From Rebecca billardiae RCC1528 (lineage: Eukaryota; Protista; Haptophyta): a stretch of DNA of 64,000 nt. The notes below the pieces were generated by a model. The model was not told where the DNA came from and did no database searches. It worked only from the letters and a program-made list of their open reading frames with translations. The stretch is taken from contig OZ251248.1 of NCBI GenBank assembly GCA_965240325.2, positions 868,001-932,000 on the forward strand, read 5' to 3'. Positions 13,350 through 24,859 of the stretch are shown one piece after another. Made by a program: the position numbers and the translations under genes. The stretch's first letter is position 1. Each line of letters begins with the position of its first letter.

Positions 13350-14720
13350 ATGACCGCGCCCGTCTCGCAGCTGTTCATCCTCGCGCCCAACGGCCACGCC
13401 ATCGTGTACAAGGACTACCGCGGCGAGCTGCCGAAGGAAACTTCCGAGACGTTCTTCCACGAGCTGGTCGAGAAGGGCGCGGGCTCGTGCCCGCCGGTGT
13501 TCGTGGTGGACGGCGTGTCGTACATCGCGGTGAAGCAGTCGGGGCTGCACTTCCTCTGCACCACCGTCGACAACGTCTGCCCCTCGCTCGTCATCTCGCT
13601 GCTCACCCAGCTCACCAAGGTGTGCAAGGACTACTTGGGCGTGCTGAACGAAGAAGCTCTGCGGAAGAACTTCACGCTGGTGTACGAGCTGGTGGACGAG
13701 GTGATCGACTACGGGTACCCGCAGAACGCGGCGACGACGGACCTGCAGGCCTACCTCTTCAACAAGCCCGTCCCCGTCGAGCCGCCCAGCGTCTCCAGCG
13801 TCCTCCCCTCGTTCAAGGCGAACCCGAAGACGATGGCGTCGGCCGCGGCGCACAAGTCGGTGGTGCTACAGGCGCAGGGCGGGATGGGCGGGTGGCGCTC
13901 GGGCGGGGGCAACGAGATCTTCATCGACCTCGTCGACCGCATCTCCGCGCTGCTCACCGCCGAGGGCCAGGTCCGGACCTTCTCCGTCGACGGCTGCATC
14001 CAGATGAAGTCCTTCTTAAAAGGCTCTCCGCAGGTCCACCTCGCCCTGAACGAGGACCTGGTGATCGCGTCGGGCGGCGCGGGCGGGCGCGCGGCGGGCG
14101 GGGCGTACGGCGCGGTGCAGCTCGACGACGTCAACTTCCACGAGTGCGTCGTGCTCGACCGCTTCGACTCGGAGAAGATCCTCACGCTCGCGCCGCCGTC
14201 GGGCGAATTCGTCGTGATGAATTTCCGGATCGGCACTCTCCGCTCCGAGCGGCAGTTGCCGTTCCGGCTGTGGCCGACGGTGCACCAGCTCTCCGAGTTC
14301 AAGACGGAGCTGCAGGTGACGGTGAAGGCGGACTTCCCGGACAAGCTGCACGCGGTCAACGTGCGCATCACCTTCAACGTGCCCAAGTCCGCCAGCGCCG
14401 CGTCCGTCTCGCTGCCGGCCAACGCGTCGCGCGCCGTGCAGACCGCTACGTACACCGAGTCGACCAAGGCCGTGGAGTGGCTCGTGAAGAAGTGGCCCGG
14501 CGGCTCGGCGCTCTCGCTCTCGACGAAGATGACGGTGCCCGCGGGCTGCGACGCCAAGAAGGAGATGGGCCCGATCTCGATGGCCTTCGAGATCCCGTGC
14601 TATAACGTGTCGCAGCTCGCAGTGCGCCACCTCAACATCGTCGAGCGCGACAAGTCGTACAAGCCGCACCGGTGGGTGCGCTGCCTCACGCACGCCTCGT
14701 CGTACTGCTGCCGCGTGTGA
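13350..14720 (+). CDS. AP4M1: Adaptor protein complex AP-4 medium (mu) subunit, intronless, 456 aa
   Basis: Longin N-terminus MTAPVSQLFILAPNGHAIVYKDYRGE; YLGVLNEEALRKNFTLVYELVDEVIDYGYPQ; mu homology domain NEIFIDLVD, IQMKSFLKGSP..LALNEDL, LDDVNFHECV, PPSGEFVVMNFR, GPISMAFEIP.YNVSQL, PHRWVR. The LALNEDL, LDD.NFHE and GPISM.F.IP motifs fit mu4 best. The ORF-track start at 13176 is an upstream in-frame extension. Confidence 0.92.
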   Translation: MTAPVSQLFILAPNGHAIVYKDYRGELPKETSETFFHELVEKGAGSCPPVFVVDGVSYIAVKQSGLHFLCTTVDNVCPSLVISLLTQLTKVCKDYLGVLNEEALRKNFTLVYELVDEVIDYGYPQNAATTDLQAYLFNKPVPVEPPSVSSVLPSFKANPKTMASAAAHKSVVLQAQGGMGGWRSGGGNEIFIDLVDRISALLTAEGQVRTFSVDGCIQMKSFLKGSPQVHLALNEDLVIASGGAGGRAAGGAYGAVQLDDVNFHECVVLDRFDSEKILTLAPPSGEFVVMNFRIGTLRSERQLPFRLWPTVHQLSEFKTELQVTVKADFPDKLHAVNVRITFNVPKSASAASVSLPANASRAVQTATYTESTKAVEWLVKKWPGGSALSLSTKMTVPAGCDAKKEMGPISMAFEIPCYNVSQLAVRHLNIVERDKSYKPHRWVRCLTHASSYCCRV

Positions 14721-14785
14721 GGGCACGCCGCGCCGCTGGGTGCGCGGACTCGCGCACGCCTCGTCGTACTGCTGCCGCGTGTGAG
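14663..14785 (+). repeat. 64-bp-period tandem duplication of the last ~19 codons and stop of AP-4 mu
   Basis: 14663-14721 is repeated at 14727-14785; gcacgcctcgtcgtactgctgccgcgtgtgag is identical in both. Confidence 0.85.
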
Positions 14786-17700
14786 TCCGCTCGGCGGCCG
14801 CGGGCGCCGACGGCCGGCGGCGGCGGGCGCTAACTGACAGTGACACTCGCCGACGGACGACGCCGGGGCGCCGCGGTCTTGTCCTACTAGCTGCCAGTAG
14901 GCGCTGATGCACCTGCCGTCCCATCGTCCGCGTGCTCAGAACGCGCAGCGTGCTGCCGTCGCCGTCGACGGCGCGTGAGTCAGCGGCTGCCGCTCGGCTG
15001 ACACTGTCACTGACGGCTTTCGGCGGGGCATGCATCACTTTTGTAGCTCGCGCGTGAACTTTATATGGGTTGGCGCTGCGCGTCATTCGTCAACTTGGGC
15101 TGGAAACCTGTTTCTGAAACGCATGATGGTACGCCGGGCCGGCAGCCCGAGCTCGGAATTCCGACGCTGCCAACGGCGCCACAGGGGCGCAGCGGCGGGG
15201 CTGACGACGCGCGCGCGTGTGCACGTCTGACCACGGAGTGCGCGCTGCAATGACTGGCCCGTCCGCAGCACCACGCCCCGCGCTGTGAGTGAGAGTGTGG
15301 CCCGCGCCCAAGCGAGAACGCGGGCCGGGCGGCACTCCGCCGACCTCGCCGGCCGCCGACCAGCCCGCGGCCGCCTGCTGCAGCTCGTGGAACACGCAGT
15401 CGCGCGCTCGCGCGTGGAGGGCGGACCTGCGCGTATGCGCCCGCCGGGCTTGCCGCTTCATCCGCTGGCACCGCAGTGCAGGTCGAGCCGTCCGCCGCCC
15501 ACCGAGCCGGCGCCACGCCTCGCGCTCGTGCTCGAGCTGAGGCGGCGGCGTGTCGCCCGAGCCGGCGGGGTCGCGCGCGTGCGCGTGGTGGGCAGCCTCG
15601 CGCGTGCGCCCGCCGCGCGCCCCGCGTCTCTCGCTTGGCGCCGCACGCGAGCCGCTCGTCGCGCGACCGAACGAGACGTCAACGCAAGGGCGACCCTTGG
15701 AATGGCGTGGGCTCTCGCCTGTCGTCCTTCACGGGACGTCGTCGATGCGAGGCCGCGCGAGGTTGCTCCGATGCCAGCCAGGTTTGGCGCTCTGCAGTGG
15801 CGGATGCCAGCTAACCGCGCGCGCGTCGCGCTCCTTCTGGCGATCCGGTGTTTACGATAGGCGGATGCAGGGGTTGCCTGGGGCCGCCAGTCGCCACGGG
15901 GGGGGGCAGGGCGGCGAGGCAGCGCCCGCCCGGCAGCACATCGCCCCCCCCGTGGACGCTGACTCAAGCCGCACCCACCCCAGCGCGGCGATCCCACGCC
16001 AGGGAGGGCGGGCGGGAGGCGGAGGAGCGCCGCTGGCTGTCCGTGAGTGTGCCGGCGCCGCCGCGGCCTGCCGCCCGGGGGCCCCGGGCCCGGGCGGGGC
16101 CGCTGTGCTCAGGCGTCGGCCGGGGCAGGGTGCGCCGGGGGGCAGTCGCGGCGGAAGCGGTCGGCTGCACGACGTGGGCTGCCCTGACCGGCCCCGAAGG
16201 TGCGCCTGTCACGCCGAGGGTCGGCCCTCCTGCAGGTACGCTCACTTTCCGCTTGGTACCCGCGCCGCAAAGGCGAGCTGCTTCCGACTCACATCTCGTC
16301 ACCGTGCGGTCACTCCGGCGATGCCGCTGCGAGCGCCGAGCCCGCGTCCGGCCAGGTATACGCCCACCTAGCGGGGAGGGGCACGGGCGGCGGCGGAGCA
16401 GCGACGCGGCAGTCATAACGCGATAACCGCCGCGGACTGCCAAACCCACCACTCCCGTCGCGTCGGCCATCGCCCCATAACCGCGCGCGCGTCGCGCTCC
16501 TTCTGGCGATCCGGTGTTTACGATAGGCGGATGCAGGGGTTGCCTGGGGCCGCCAGTCGCCACGGGGGGGGGCAGGGCGGCGAGGCAGCGCCCGCCCAAA
16601 GAGGCGCAGCGCCAGGCGCCACGCCGGCGTGGCCGGCGTCGGCCGGCGCGGCCGAGGCCAGGCCCGGCCCCGACCCCCAGAGGCGCAGCGCCCTGCCCAC
16701 CACCACGCCGCACGCCGCCGGTGTGAGGCCGCGGAGCGGCGGACTGGGTGCCCCCCCCCCCTCCCCCCCAGCGCTCAGCCCCTGCCAGAGGTCGCCGAGA
16801 GCCCGCAGCGACCGGCGGACCACAGGACCACTGGCGTAACCCGCCCGTCGTCGCGCGCCGGCACAGGCCAGGCGAAGCGCTGCAGGTGACCCGCAGGCCA
16901 CGCCGTCCACTTGCCCGACGAAACCGCCCAGCAGCACGCGCGCACCGCCGCCGCCGCCGCCGGCCGGCGAGAGCGCATGCGCCCGAGCCGTCGCGGAACA
17001 CACCCGAGCCGACATGAGGCGCAGGTATCGACGTCGGCTTGCCGACAACGTCGTCAACCACGCGCCTGCAGACCGCACGAGCGCCCGTGAAAGCGCGCCG
17101 AAAAGGGGCGTGCGAGGTGACGCGCACGGTGCGCGAATGGTGATGGCCGTGCGGCGCACGAATGACGATCGGTGCGCGCGCACGATGAGCGGTGCACGCG
17201 CGGGCGGATCGGAGCGCGCGCATGATAAACGGCGCATGATACTCGGCGCGCGCGCATGACGGCGCGCGCGCATGATGATCGGCGCTGGTCGGTGCGCGCG
17301 CATGATGATCGTCACGCGATGATCGGCGCGCGCGCATGACCATGCGCGCGCGTGACGAATTCGCCGCAACGGCTCGCGCGAGAGGCACAAGGCGATTGAC
17401 GATGAACGCGACCACGTTCGAGCGCTCGAGCGAAGCAGGAGGTGATGAGTGAGGAAGATGGCACAGGAATGGGAGAGGAACGCGTGGCGCGTGGCGGGAA
17501 GGGCCAGGCACGCTCGGCGTGAGGAAAGGAACGCGCGTAGAAACGGAACGGAACGGAAAGCAGCGGTTCGAGCGATAGACAGGAGGTGATTGACGACGAT
17601 GAGCGCGTGCGCGCTCGAGCGACGCAGAAGGTGACGAGCGAGGAAGACCAAGGCCAGGTGAAAGCGCCGCAGGTGGCCAGCGGGCCACGTCGCTTTTCGC

Positions 17701-18199
17701 GCCCGAAAACGCCCAGCAGCGCGCGCGCCCCGCTGCAGTGGCAGCCGACCGGCGAGAGCTGCATCCGCCAGAGCCGCCACGCGGCGCAGGTATCAACGCC
17801 GGCCCGCCGACAACGTCGTCCCCGACACCCCGGCCACAGACACCACGTACACCCATGTAAGCGCGCCGAAAGGTGCGCGCGAGGATGGCGCACTCGGCAC
17901 CCGAATGATGATGATGGTTGCGCGGAGCACGAATGATGATCGGCGCGCGCGGGTATCAACGCCAGCCCGCCGACGACGTCGTCCCCCACGCCCCGGCCAC
18001 AGACACCACGTACGCCCATGTAAGCGCGCCGAAAGGTGTGTGCGATGATGGCACGCTCGGCACCCGGATGATGATGCGATGGTTACGCTGAGCACGAAGT
18101 GATGATCGGCGCGCGCACATGATGATGATCGGCGCGCGCGCATGAGAAGACAGGTGCGAGTGACGCGCGGAGAAGATGCGCGCGGAGACGATAGGCGCG

Positions 18200-18812
18200 G
18201 AGGACATAGGCGCAAGTAACGCGCGGAGGAGATAGGCGCAAGTAACGCGCGGAGAAGATAGGCGCAAGTAACGCGCGGAGAAGATATAGTAGGCGCAAGT
18301 AACGCGCGGAGACAGGCGCAAGTAACGCGCGGAGAAGATAGGCGCAAGTAAACGCGCGGAGAAGATATAGTAGGCGCAAGTAACGCGCGGAGACAGGCGC
18401 AAGTAACGCGCGGAGAAGATAGGCGCAAGTAACGCGCGGAGAAGATATAGTAGGCGCAAGTAACGCGCGGAGACAGGCGCAAGTAACGCGCGGAGAAGAT
18501 AGGCGCAAGTAAACGCGCGGAGAAGATATAGTAGGCGCAAGTAACGCGCGGAGACAGGCGCAAGTAACGCGCGGAGAAGTAGATAGTATAGGCGCAAGTA
18601 ACGCGCGGAGGAGGTATAGGCGCAAGTGACGCGCGGAGACAGGCGCAAGTAACGCGTGGGGAAGTAGATATAGTAGGCGCAAGTAACGCGCGGAGAAGTA
18701 GATAGGCGCAAGTGACGCGCGGAGACAGGCGCAAGTAACGCGCGGAGAAGTAGATAGTAGGCGCAAGTAACGCGCGGAGATGAGATAGGCGCAAGTGACG
18801 CGCGGAGAAGAT
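18200..18812 (+). repeat. Minisatellite with core AGGCGCAAGTAACGCGCGGAG and short variable purine-rich linkers
   Basis: More than 20 copies of the core, separated by ac, aagat, aagatatagt, aagtagatagt and similar linkers. Confidence 0.9.
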
Positions 18813-18861
18813 AGGGTGCGCACACGATGATCGGCGCATGATGATCGGCGCGCGCGCGAGG

Positions 18862-18940
18862 GATAGACAGATAGACAGATAGACAGATAGACAGATAGAC
18901 AGATAGACAGATAGATAGACAGATAGATAGACAGATAGAC
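18862..18940 (+). repeat. (GATA/GACA)n microsatellite
   Basis: gatagacagatagacagatag... read directly. Confidence 0.9.
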
Positions 18941-21211
18941 GCGCGAGTGAGCGACGGCGAGCTGTAGAGAAGGGTGAGTCGTGCGGCGGCGAGTGGCGGC
19001 GGCGTGCTTGCAGCGCGGCAGCGGCGTGCGGCGAGCGCGAACACGCGGAGCGCGCGCGGCTCCGCTGTTGCGCCCCGAGGGGCCCGCGCCGAAGAAGCGC
19101 GCTCGCTCGAGCGGGGGGCAGATCGAAGGTGATGAAGCGCGCGGTTCCGCTCAAGCGAAGTAGAAGGTGATGAGCGACGAGTGTGCCCGACGGACGACAG
19201 CGCAACGACACCTCACGCGCCGCCCCGCCGGCCGCCCAACAGATGGCCGAGAACGGGACGCCGAAGTAGCATGTGTGCGCTCACTGCCCGCGCCGCCGAC
19301 ATGCGCTCCAGCTCGGACGAAGGGCAGAAGGTGTTGTTGAGCGCGCCCCCGCGAGCGCGCAGCAGCTGGTGAGGAGCGTGTTGTTGAGTACGCCCCCGCG
19401 AGCGCGCAGCAGCTGGTGAGGAGCGTGGAGCGTGCCCGACACACGCCCGCTGGCGCCGCCCCGCCGTGCGCCCAGCCGCCGGACGCTGCCGATGGACGCA
19501 GAAGCAGCATGGATGCGCACGAGTCTCGTCCAGCGCCAAAATGCGCTCGCGCGCGAGCGAGGCAGACAGCGCCGAGCGCGCCCACGCTCGAGCGAAGCAG
19601 GTGGAGATGAGCGAGGAGCGCGCACGACGGACGGCAGCGCACCGGCACCTCACTTACCACCCCGATGTGCGTCCCCGATGGGCGCCCGGCCACCGGACGC
19701 CTCAGAAGGACACCCAGCACAAGCGTGGTCGCGCACGAGCGGATGAGAGAAGCAGAAGGCGCTGAGCGTTCCCCTCGAGTAAAGCAGTGGGCCATGAGGA
19801 GGAGGGAGCACGACGGACGGCAGTGCCCAGCACCTCGCGCTCCGCCTCGCAGTGCGCACGACCGTCGGATGCCGCCGCAGAAGGACGCCGAAGCAGCATC
19901 GTGAGAGTTCGAGCGTGATGCACGCGCACCACGCCAGGGGGGGACAACGAGGAACGGGGAGCGAAGGAGGCGGAGGAGCGCCGCTGGCTGTCCGTGAGTG
20001 TGCCGGCGCCGCCGCGGCCTGCCGCCCGGGGGCCCCGGGCCCGGGCGGGGCCGCTGTGCTCAGGCGTCGGCCGGGGCAGGGTGCGCCGGGGGGCAGTCGC
20101 GGCGGAAGCGGTCGGCTGCACGACGTGGGCTGCCCTGACCGGCCCCGAAGGTGCGCCTGTCACGCCGAGGGTCGGCCCTCCTGCAGGTACGCTCACTTTC
20201 CGCTTGGTACCCGCGCCGCAAAGGCGAGCTGCTTCCGACTCACATCTCGTCACCGTGCGGTCACTCCGGCGATGCCGCTGCGAGCGCCGAGCCCGCGTCC
20301 GGCCAGGTATACGCCCACCTAGCGGGGAGGGGCACGGGCGGCGGCGGAGCAGCGACGCGGCAGTCATAACGCGATAACCGCCGCGGACTGCCAAACCCAC
20401 CACTCCCGTCGCGTCGGCCATCGCCCCGAAACTGGGGCTTTTGGCCCAGTTTGCGATGGCACAGTGGGGGGCTTCGCGGGTCAGTAAACTGGGGAAAAGC
20501 CTCAGTTTCAGATGGCACGCGCCCACTGCGGCCGTGCCATCGCAAACTGGGCCGAATCGCCCAGTTTGCGTGTGCACGGGGACGCACTGCGGCCGGCTGC
20601 AACTTGGCTCAGCATGGGGCAACAGGGCAGCTGTCCACAGCCCAGGCGGGGCGTCACCGCCTGCGGGCCGCCGGTGGGCAGGGCCGACGGCGTCGCAGAG
20701 CTCATGCGTGGGAGCAGCGCGTTGAGAAGGCAACCAAGGTCGAGAAGGAGGGGGCAAGGCCGGCAAGCAGCAGGGGCCACCGGTACGTTCGTACATGCCT
20801 CCACACCGGTGCACATCACCCTTGCTCGCGGCCGTGACCTGTGCTGGCACTCACCTCATCATCGCCCACCATGCAGTGGCGGCCGAGCTAAGGCGAATAC
20901 TCACAGGCACCGAACACGCATCGGCGGTGCCCACTGGTGCTGGCATGCTGTCCTCTACTTGCTGTCGGACAGCAAGCGGAGACGGCACCGCCGCAGCTGC
21001 GAGCGGGTGAGGTGCTGCTCTGCTCAGCGAGGCTGAGAGGCTGAGCACGGATCACGGATGGTGAGCCCTGGTCTCTCAACGCATCCAGGAGAGCAGTTGG
21101 TGCATAACTGTGCTCAGGCGTGCAGGACCAACCATCCGGTGCTGCTTCAAGCACCCGCGCCAACAGCGGCGGTACTCAACTCCACGCTGCTCATGCGGCC
21201 ACACAGCTGCA

Positions 21212-23960
21212 GGGATGGTGCCACGGCGGGCGGCGGCGGTCGACGCAGCTGTCAGCTCGGCGGTGCGCGCCCGAGGGGCCTAGGCGACGAACGCGCCGAG
21301 CGCGGTGTGGCTGCTCGCTTCGCCCAGCGCGCGCGAGCCGCTGCCATCGGGTGCCGCTGCGCCCGCGCCCAGCGCGGGCAGCAGCAGCTGTACTCAACTC
21401 CTCGCCGAGTGCGGCGGCAGCAGCAGGGATGGTGCCACGGCGGGCTGCGGCAGTCGCTGCAGCTGGCAGCTCGGTGGTGCGCGCCCGAGGAGCCTGGGCG
21501 CTGGGCGCACCGAGCGCGGTGACGCTGCTCGCCTCGCCCAGCGCGCTGGAGCCGCTGCCACCGGGCGCCGCTGCGCCCGCGCCCAGCCGGGGCAGCAGCA
21601 GCTGCGCTCGACTCCGCGCCGAGTGCGGCGGCAGCAGCGGGGATGGTGCCACGGCGGGCGGCGGCGGTCGCTGGAGCTGGCAGCTCGGTGGTGCCTGCCC
21701 GATGGGCCTGGGCGCTGGGCGCACCGAGCGCGGTGACGCTGCTCGCCTCGCCCAACGCGCTCGAGCCGCTGCCATCGGGCGCTGCGCTGCCCGCGCCCAG
21801 CTTGGGCAGCAGCAGCTGCGCTCGACTCCGCGCCGAGTGCGGCGGCAGCAGCAGGGATGGTGCCACGGCGGGCTGCGGCGGTCGCTGGAGCTGGCAGCTC
21901 GGTGGTGTGCGCCCGAGGAGCCTGGGCGCTGGGCGCACCGAGCGCGGTGACGCTGCTCGCCTCGCCCAGCGCGCTGGAGCCGCTGCCACCGGGCGCCGCT
22001 GCGCCCGCGCCCAGCCGGGGCAGCAGCAGCTGCGCTCGACTCCGCGCCGCGTGCGGCGGCAGCAGCAGGGATGGTGCCACGGCGGGCGGCGGCGGTCGCT
22101 GCAGCTGAAAGCTCGTTAGTGCCTGCCCGATGGGCCTGGGCGCTGGGCGCACCGAGCGCGGTGACGCTGCTCGCCTCGCCCAGCGCGCTCGAGCCGCTGT
22201 CACCAGGCGCTGCTGCGCCCGCGCCCAGCCGGGGCAGCTGCAGCTGCGCTCGACTCCGCGCCGAGTGCGGCGGCAGCAGCAGGGATGGTGCCACGGCGGG
22301 CGGTGGCAGTCGCTGGAGCTGGCAGCTCGGTGGTGCGCGCCCGAGGAGCCTGGGCGCTGGGCGCACCGAGCGCGGTGACGCTGCTCGCCTCGCCCAACGC
22401 GCTGGAGCCGCTGCCATCGGGCGCTGCGCTGCCCGCGCCCAGCTTGGGCAGCAGCAGCTGTGCTCGACTCCGCGCCGAGTGCGGCGGTAGCAGCAGGGAT
22501 GGTGCCACGGCGGGCGGCGGCGGTCGCTGGAGCTGGCAGCTCGGTGGTGCGCGCCCGAGGAGCCTGGGCGCTGGGCGCACCGAGCGCGGTGACGCTGCTC
22601 GCCTCGCCCAGCGCGCTCGAGCCGCTGCCACCGGGCGCTGCTGCGCCCGCGCCCAGCTTGGGCAGCAGCAGCTGCGCTCGACTCCGCGCCGCGTGCGGCG
22701 GCAGCAGCAGGGATGGTGCCACGGCGGGCGGCGGCGGTCGCTGCAGCTGAAAGCTCGTTGGTGCCTGCCCGATGGGCCTGGGCGCTGGGCGCACCGAGCG
22801 CGGTGACGCTGCTCGCCTCGCCCAACGCGCTGGAGCCGCTGCCATCGGGCGCTGCGCTGCCCGCGCCCAGCTTGGGCAGCAGCAGCTGCGCTCGACTCCG
22901 CGCCGAGTGCGGCGGCAGCAGCAGGGATGGTGACACGGCGGGCGGCGGCGGTCGCTGGAGCTGGCAGCTCGGTGGTGCGCGCCCGAGGAGCCTGGGCGCT
23001 GGGCGCACCGAGCGCGGTGACGCTGCTCGCCTCGCCCAACGCGCTGGAGCCGCTGCCATCGGGCGCTGCTGCGCCCGCGCCCAGCCGGGGCAGCAGCAGC
23101 TGCGCTCGACTCCGCGCCGAGTGCGGCGGCAGCAGCAGGGATGGTGACACGGCGGGCTGTGGCAGTCGCTGGAGCTGGCAGCTCGGTGGTGCGCGCCCGA
23201 GGAGCCTGGGCGCTGGGCGCACCGAGCGCGGTGACGCTGCTCGCCTCGCCCAGCGCGCTCGAGCCGCTGCCATCGGGCGCTGCTGCGCCCGCGCCCAGCT
23301 TGGGCAGCAGCAGCTGCGCTCGACTCCGCGCCGAGTGCGGCGGCAGCAGCGGGGATGGTGCCACGGCGGGCTGTGGCAGGTGCTGGAGCTGGCAGCTCGG
23401 TGGTGCGCGCCCGAGGAGCCTGGGCGCTGGGCGCACCGAGCGCGGTGACGCTGCTCGCCTCGCCCAGCGCGCTCGAGCCGCTGCCATCGGGCGCTGCTGC
23501 GCCCGCGCCCAGCCGGGGCAGCAGCAGCTGCGCTCAACTCCGCGCCGCGTGCGGCAGCAGCAGCAGGGATGGTGCCACGTCTGGCGGCGGCGGTCGCTGG
23601 AGCTCAAAGCCCGGCGGTGCGCGCCCGAGGGGGCTAGGCATTTGGCGCACCGAGCGCGGTGACGCCGCTCGCTTCCCGCAGCGCGCTGGAGCCGCTGCCA
23701 TCCGATGCTGCTGCGCCTGCGCCCCGCTTGGGCAGCAGCAGCTGCGCTCGACTTCCCACCGCGTGCGGCGGCAGCAGCGGGGATGGTGCCACGGCGGCCG
23801 GCGGCGGTCGCTGGAGCTGACACCCCGGCGGTTCGTGCTTCAGGGGCCTGGGCGGTGGACGCACTGAGCGCGGTGACGCTGCTCGCCTCGCCCACCGCGC
23901 TCGAGCCGCTGCCATCTGATGCTGCTGCACCGCCCGGGCAGCTGCAGACTCTGCGCTCGA
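21212..23960 (+). repeat. 214-bp tandem satellite array, ~13 units (left foldback arm)
   Basis: gggatggtgccacggcggg... recurs every 214 bp (matching ORF starts 21643, 21857, 22071, 22285). The last 2-3 units are more diverged. Confidence 0.92.
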
Positions 23961-24859
23961 CTCCACGCCGCGTGCCGTGTCGTGGCAGGCAGCAGCAGCA
24001 GCAGGCTGGTGATTAACTGCTGCTGCTCAGCAGATTACTGCGACTGCTGCTCGGTCGCTGCGTATGAAGTAGATGAGCGAGTCGCTTGTGCCGGGCCGCA
24101 GGCAGCAGCCCAGCCGTGCCGATATGCCTCGGATGGCGTAGTCAGTGGTCGTACTCGGGGCGGAGAGTAGTGCCGTGCCCGTAGGTGATCCGGACTCGCG
24201 AGTCGCGGAGTGCCGAGCACAGCCCGGCCGGTATTGGCGGATATGGACGACTGCTATATCGTCGTCGCGCGATACATCGGCATCATCAGCATCATCATCA
24301 GCATCGAATACCGTAGTCTGCTCCGAATATGACGGCGCGAATTTGAGCGCAGCTAAGAATTTATAATAAGTATAGTAGCGCAGATGACGCCAGACGAATT
24401 CATCACTCTGCTCCGATGACCGAGCGGCGCGCATTATATATATATATATATATAGCTGCTGCGGCTGCGCATGCAGTGCCATGAGCCCTCTATACCAGTT
24501 GTCGGTCTGCTGCATATATATATAGTACATTATGACCAACTCCTCGGAGATCGGGTCCGCGTAACCGGATCGCCCGAATATCCCCGATCGGACGGCGGGA
24601 CGCGACTCCGGAGTCGGAGACCGGACGGTGATGACACAGTACTCAGTAGCCGCTCGGCTCGCGGCTCTGACCGGGCTGATGCCCCGCCCCCGCAATAACC
24701 GACCGCGCGCGGTCGTTTACCGGCGGGTTAACGCGGCGGCCGGCCGCGCTGCGAGGCTGCGACTGCTGACAGCGAGTCAGCGGGTCACTCATCTAGTTCA
24801 TCATACGCATCGACCGAGCAGTCGCGACGGTGCTGACGATCTGAGCTGCTGCAGCTGCT

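Larger units (their letters stand above)
15812..20427 (-). mobile_element. 4.6-kb non-coding element with split direct repeats (X..YX..Y), nested in the left foldback arm; resembles a non-autonomous PAT/Ngaro-type YR retroelement
   Basis: X (120 bp) at 15812-15931 and 16478-16597; Y (462 bp) at 16015-16476 and 19966-20427. The internal Y-a-X junction joins the two element ends. The right foldback arm shows the uninterrupted target gccagct^gaaactgg, so there is no TSD. Strand is inferred from A..BAB order. Confidence 0.75.

Noticed and set aside
14706-14720. C-terminal CCRV of AP-4 mu as a CaaX prenylation signal
   Set aside because: Arg at the a2 position is unfavourable, and the segment corresponds to the normal terminal beta-strand of mu subunits.
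18200-18812. CRISPR array
   Set aside because: Linkers are only 2-14 nt, mutually related and recurrent; there are no cas genes and the context is eukaryotic.
24027-24695. 222-aa ORF in the foldback centre as a transposase remnant
   Set aside because: It runs through (TA)n and stutter sequence (YIYIYI) with no recognisable motifs, in a region of doubtful consensus quality.
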